Assembly (NCBI GenBank): GCA_025201805.1
Contig: MU619274.1
Location: 129,279-193,278 of the forward strand
Direction of reading: 5' to 3'
DNA length: 64,000 nt
DNA from: Parasitella parasitica NRRL 2501
Taxonomy: Eukaryota > Fungi > Mucoromycota
Below are positions 59,901 through 64,000 of the stretch, one piece after another. The notes beneath the pieces were generated by a model. The model was given only the letters and a program-made list of their open reading frames with translations, made no database searches and had not been told where the DNA came from. The translations under genes were made by a program, and so were the position numbers. Numbering within the stretch: the stretch's first letter is position 1; each line of letters begins with the position of its first letter.

Positions 59901-62593
59901 CTTGAAGATATGATGTAAACAGCATATTTCGCAACAAAGCAATTACTATTTTTCTCTAAATATGGAAATACCTACTTTCAAATCTTTTTAGCGAGACATT
60001 TTGGTTTTTATCAAAAATAAAAGATTTTTTACCAGAAACTCTAATACATACTATCACAATCACCATGATCTTTATCATTTACTTGCACTTTTTTTTTTTC
60101 AGAAACTGCAAAATGACAATACAGCAAATAAAGGTGACCAGTCTTCTTAATTAAATTGTGATTTTTATGACAAAAGTCCATAATAAATGACAGACCAATT
60201 TTAAATAAGAGATTAGAAATATTTCTTGGATCATCAACTGTTTTTATATGCTTATGCCATGACAGCATATTGTCCGTCTGTAAGAGCATGACCCTGTAAT
60301 AATTTTTCATGATACTCTACGCACTGTTTTAATTATAATTCCAAGTGTTTTTGAGCCATTCACAGCCACGCCAACGTTTTCTTTTTCAAGTTTCGTAGAT
60401 AAAGTATAAAGAAACGCTTACTTTTTTTTTTTTGTATGAAAATAAAGAAACGCTTACTGCTAGATTATCAAAACGGCGCTAAACAAAAACACCAGCATAC
60501 TTTTCCAGACAACTTGCGGCCTTCCGCTACGTTCTTGGATTATTTAACTTCCTGTTTAATTGTAGTAATTGACTCAATCAGTAGCAGTAGCGTTAGCAAG
60601 CACATTTCACGTGAAATTTGGGTTTTCTTTTGTTTAGCTTCATATTTGCCGATAATAAGCCCACAGCTAAAATTGTCAAGTTGTTACGAACTGTACGATG
60701 GTTGTTGGTAATATCTGTCAAAGCAATGATCAGTTGTATTTTCGAATAGTGATGAAAGAGCGTATTTTACTTATTTTATTAGAAAAATAAACAAAATGAA
60801 AATAGACGATGACTTATGTTTAACGTCGTTACACTATGTATGCTTGAGTAAAACAGTTGCTTGCTGTGATTCTTACGATGTTGCTTCAAATGCTTCTGTG
60901 AAATGGGTTTCAAAGAAAACCCTCAGGCCAATCATGCGCCTTCAAACCAGGTCCTGGCTTGTTGATTTTGAACCAGTTGATGTTCTTGGTGCCCAAACCA
61001 ACATCATCTATTCAACTACATACCACATATGAATACTTCCTTTTAACAAGTAACTCATAAATACACCTACCCAGAATATCACAAAGCCACTGTCTTACTC
61101 GATCTGTGTACTTGTTGGCTTGGGCGGCGGGAGGAGTAGGTTTGGGACCTTTTTACAAAGCCTGTTTTCTTTCAACCGTTCTGTTCGACAGTCTTTAATA
61201 AGGAAACAATCTGGTTTAGATGGCTTATCATTTAAACCCCATAAATTCACACTTTGATGAAATAACTGGCTTAGTTATCTCTTGCTGTGTGATTTATCGA
61301 GTTTGTGACATTTTTGGTAGCAGAATACATGGGCAGACAAAAAATGTAAAGGTCTAAGAAAGAATGAAGGGGTTCAAATAAAAATGAAGTCAATGTAGAA
61401 AAAACAAGAAGGTATAATCTTTTACTGACATATAAATGAGTATTATTGTATTACACTAAAGGTTCTGATAATTTCTAGAGCAGCTACATTAACAAAATAC
61501 TCGTGTATTTATATGCTCATGTTCCTTTCCACGTTAAAGGAATACAATCATCAATAAGATAAATGGTATTGTAGACAATGTATGGACTCTAACTATTGAC
61601 ATCTTGTAGCAGACATCACAGAGCATAAATAAAATATTATTATCTTTTAGATTATTTAATCATATCTTTTACAATGTGAAAAAATACAACATGATGAACT
61701 AACTCCAAAGTATGGTGATACGGTTGTTTGACCTCGGATAAGAAACCGTAGTAAAAAAGTTAAGTAGGTGTAATATAGAGTATCACGCCACCACATTACA
61801 AAAATAATTATTGCTTAAGAGGTTGCCATAAGCAAGTGTGATCAAATGATGAGATTGAACATCTTGCTTCGTGAAGCAGTGCAGACCAGCTTGTAATGAA
61901 TATTAATGCAACGTCGTGTTCTTTTCCATATTATTTGATGAGAATCATGGCTTTTACAATATCACTCGGTGGCATTCTGTGAGGGTGATATTAGTGATAT
62001 TTCAAAATTTCTCGAAGGTTAGTAACAAGCTTCTCCTGGATGCTTATACCAGATGTGTAACTTAAAGACTTTTTATTTAAAAGTGAGTTTCGCTTTACAA
62101 GCCCTACTAATACCATATAGGCTTCCAGTTCATCCATTATTGGACATATAGTAGACTGTTACTTCGTTCTCCTACATATTACATCACCAAGATCTACGAT
62201 CAACTCGATGTTGTTGTATTCAGTTGAAATTGTTCCCAAATCCATGATCTCGCCACAGTATCGTTTGATACTTGAAGATTGAAAGTGAACGTAATCTACT
62301 TGGTTTTAACTATTTATTATGACCTGTTACACTACAACAATATGAAATTAAAGGGGTTGTTTAAATTTGATTTGGAAATATTCATAAATTAAAGATGAAC
62401 GGTTCGAGACCAAGTAACAAACAAAGCGGATATTGGATTTTGCTAATTAACTATCATTGTTTTGCATACATACAAATAGCATCAATTAACAGGTTTCGTT
62501 TTCCCCCTTTCCTTTCGTTCCTTTCTTTCCTTTCTTTCCTTTCACTTTTTATTTTAAATACAAATCAACTTCAAAGCTGGTTCTTTTTCTAGA

Positions 62594-63852
62594 ATGGTGA
62601 CGGTAGCGAAAATTGTATGTAAATATTTGTAGATGATAGTTCGTAAACAAGACACTAAATATCAGGTACATGTAGATTGGTCGTGTTACAGAAACAAAAT
62701 GGTCAAAGCTATACATTGCAATGGCGACTTGTCAATGTATTATCATCATAGCGCTTCAGGCAGCGATCTGCTACCTCAACACATATCAAGCGCATCTATT
62801 ACCTGAACCTACAACTGACAGTGCACTGACGGCAAGCTCCACAGCCGACGATTATCTTCCACTGAGAGCTGCTGATCGTCTGGGCCGCATTAAATGGGAA
62901 AACATTGCATTTATGGGCTTTCAAGTGTGGTTTCTAGGCATGGCATTTGATGCTGTAAGTATTTGTTTTGAGTCTTCTAAAAAAGTGTATAAAACTCATG
63001 TTTTCCTAATAGACGGTCTACCAAAATACGGCTGAGATCTTAGCCTTGGCTATTTTGAATGTTCTTTGTGCTATTTTAGGTGCTTTACAGGTCGTAGATG
63101 GCGTCAAATGGCTCGATCGATTACTGCATACGGACTATTCTGTGGACGCATTAGCCATGGCACAAAAAATTGAAATTTCACTGTCTGTAGTCATCCTGTC
63201 GTTTGCTGTCATCATGTCGTTTCTCAGCTATCAAATGTCAAAACAGTTTGGTTGGAACATTTACAAAAAGATTGGCGCAGACGTGCAAATTCAAAAGATG
63301 TATCGCATGTTTCAGTTCTTTGTATTGTCCCTCAAGATCGACATCTTTACACAATTCATGGTCTCTGTCTTTTATCTGATGCAATTTGCCTTAAAGCAGG
63401 GTATTATGTGGGAAACCATCGTTCAAGTCATTGCTACCGTTTTTATTATACCATTTCTATATTTTGCTAGAACAGCTGTAAGTACATATATGCAACTATA
63501 ATTTATCATCGCATTGACAAATATTTGTATGACATAATAGGGTAGCACTGAGAGTAAACCGAGAATGATCATGTTCATCTTGTTTGAATGCCTCGTTTTA
63601 TTCCACTTTGCTTTGATCTTTTCACAGACATTGCAGCCAAACAACAATTGGTATACTTGGATTTGCTTGATTTGCATTGGCGTTGCTTTCGCCCTAGTTT
63701 CTTGCATTCTAGGTATTATTTGTATGCTCAACTTTGGCAAAGGTCTTAAGCCATTTGTTCAAAGAGGAAGCATCAAAGCAAGGATGGATATTGAAAACAA
63801 CGTCTTACAAAAACAAAAGGCCCATCAAAGCTGGCAAATCGATGACGATTAA
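62594..63852 (+). CDS. Multi-pass membrane protein, UPF0658-like, multi-exon
   Basis: Several TM helices with AFDATVYQNT.E, FGWNIYKKIGAD, LSLKIDIF and C..NFGKGLK. Confidence 0.75.
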
Positions 63853-64000
63853 AAGAAAAATACCACCTTGTCTATAACCCATCTATATAACACTTTTTCT
63901 ATATATATATATACACACTTTCTGTTCAACTGCATCAAAAACCTCATTGTCATCGTTAAAAAAATAAAAATCGTCGCTGGTCGATCTTTCTCGTAACGTA

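Noticed and set aside
60700-62400. Possible decayed gene or tRNA (GGTTCGA at 62401)
   Set aside because: No cloverleaf or A-box, and no recognisable protein motif.

Overview
AT-rich, intron-dense eukaryotic DNA with short GT-AG introns, poly-A/T tracts and four N gaps. Gene content and style point to a Mucorales fungus (inference). About 24 protein-coding genes are recognisable: Zn2Cys6 factor, thiol/halide methyltransferase, TRM5, two small secreted Gly/Leu-rich proteins, RNB exoribonuclease, 3-hydroxyacyl-CoA dehydrogenase, DUF89/ARMT1, BRAP2/ETP1, an F-box protein, NUXM, GPI8, a receiver-domain phosphodiesterase, a hypothetical protein, YPK1/Gad8 kinase, URM1, homocitrate synthase, a bacterial YwnB-like reductase, a Pcl cyclin, SYG1/XPR1, a RutG/UraA-like permease, SFT2, CHID1, a GH36 alpha-galactosidase and a UPF0658-like membrane protein. 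There are also decayed F-box and HSF genes, a Helitron remnant plus a second copy of its 3' terminus, an 870-bp foldback element and a Tc1/IS630 remnant. The most notable region is about 34-39.8 kb. Between a foldback element and a Helitron sit a homocitrate synthase that naturally carries Asn at the lysine-feedback Asp (S. pombe D123 equivalent) and a co-oriented, intronless, Bacillus-like NAD(P)H reductase. Exon boundaries were read by eye and homologies come from recalled family motifs; no database searches were run.
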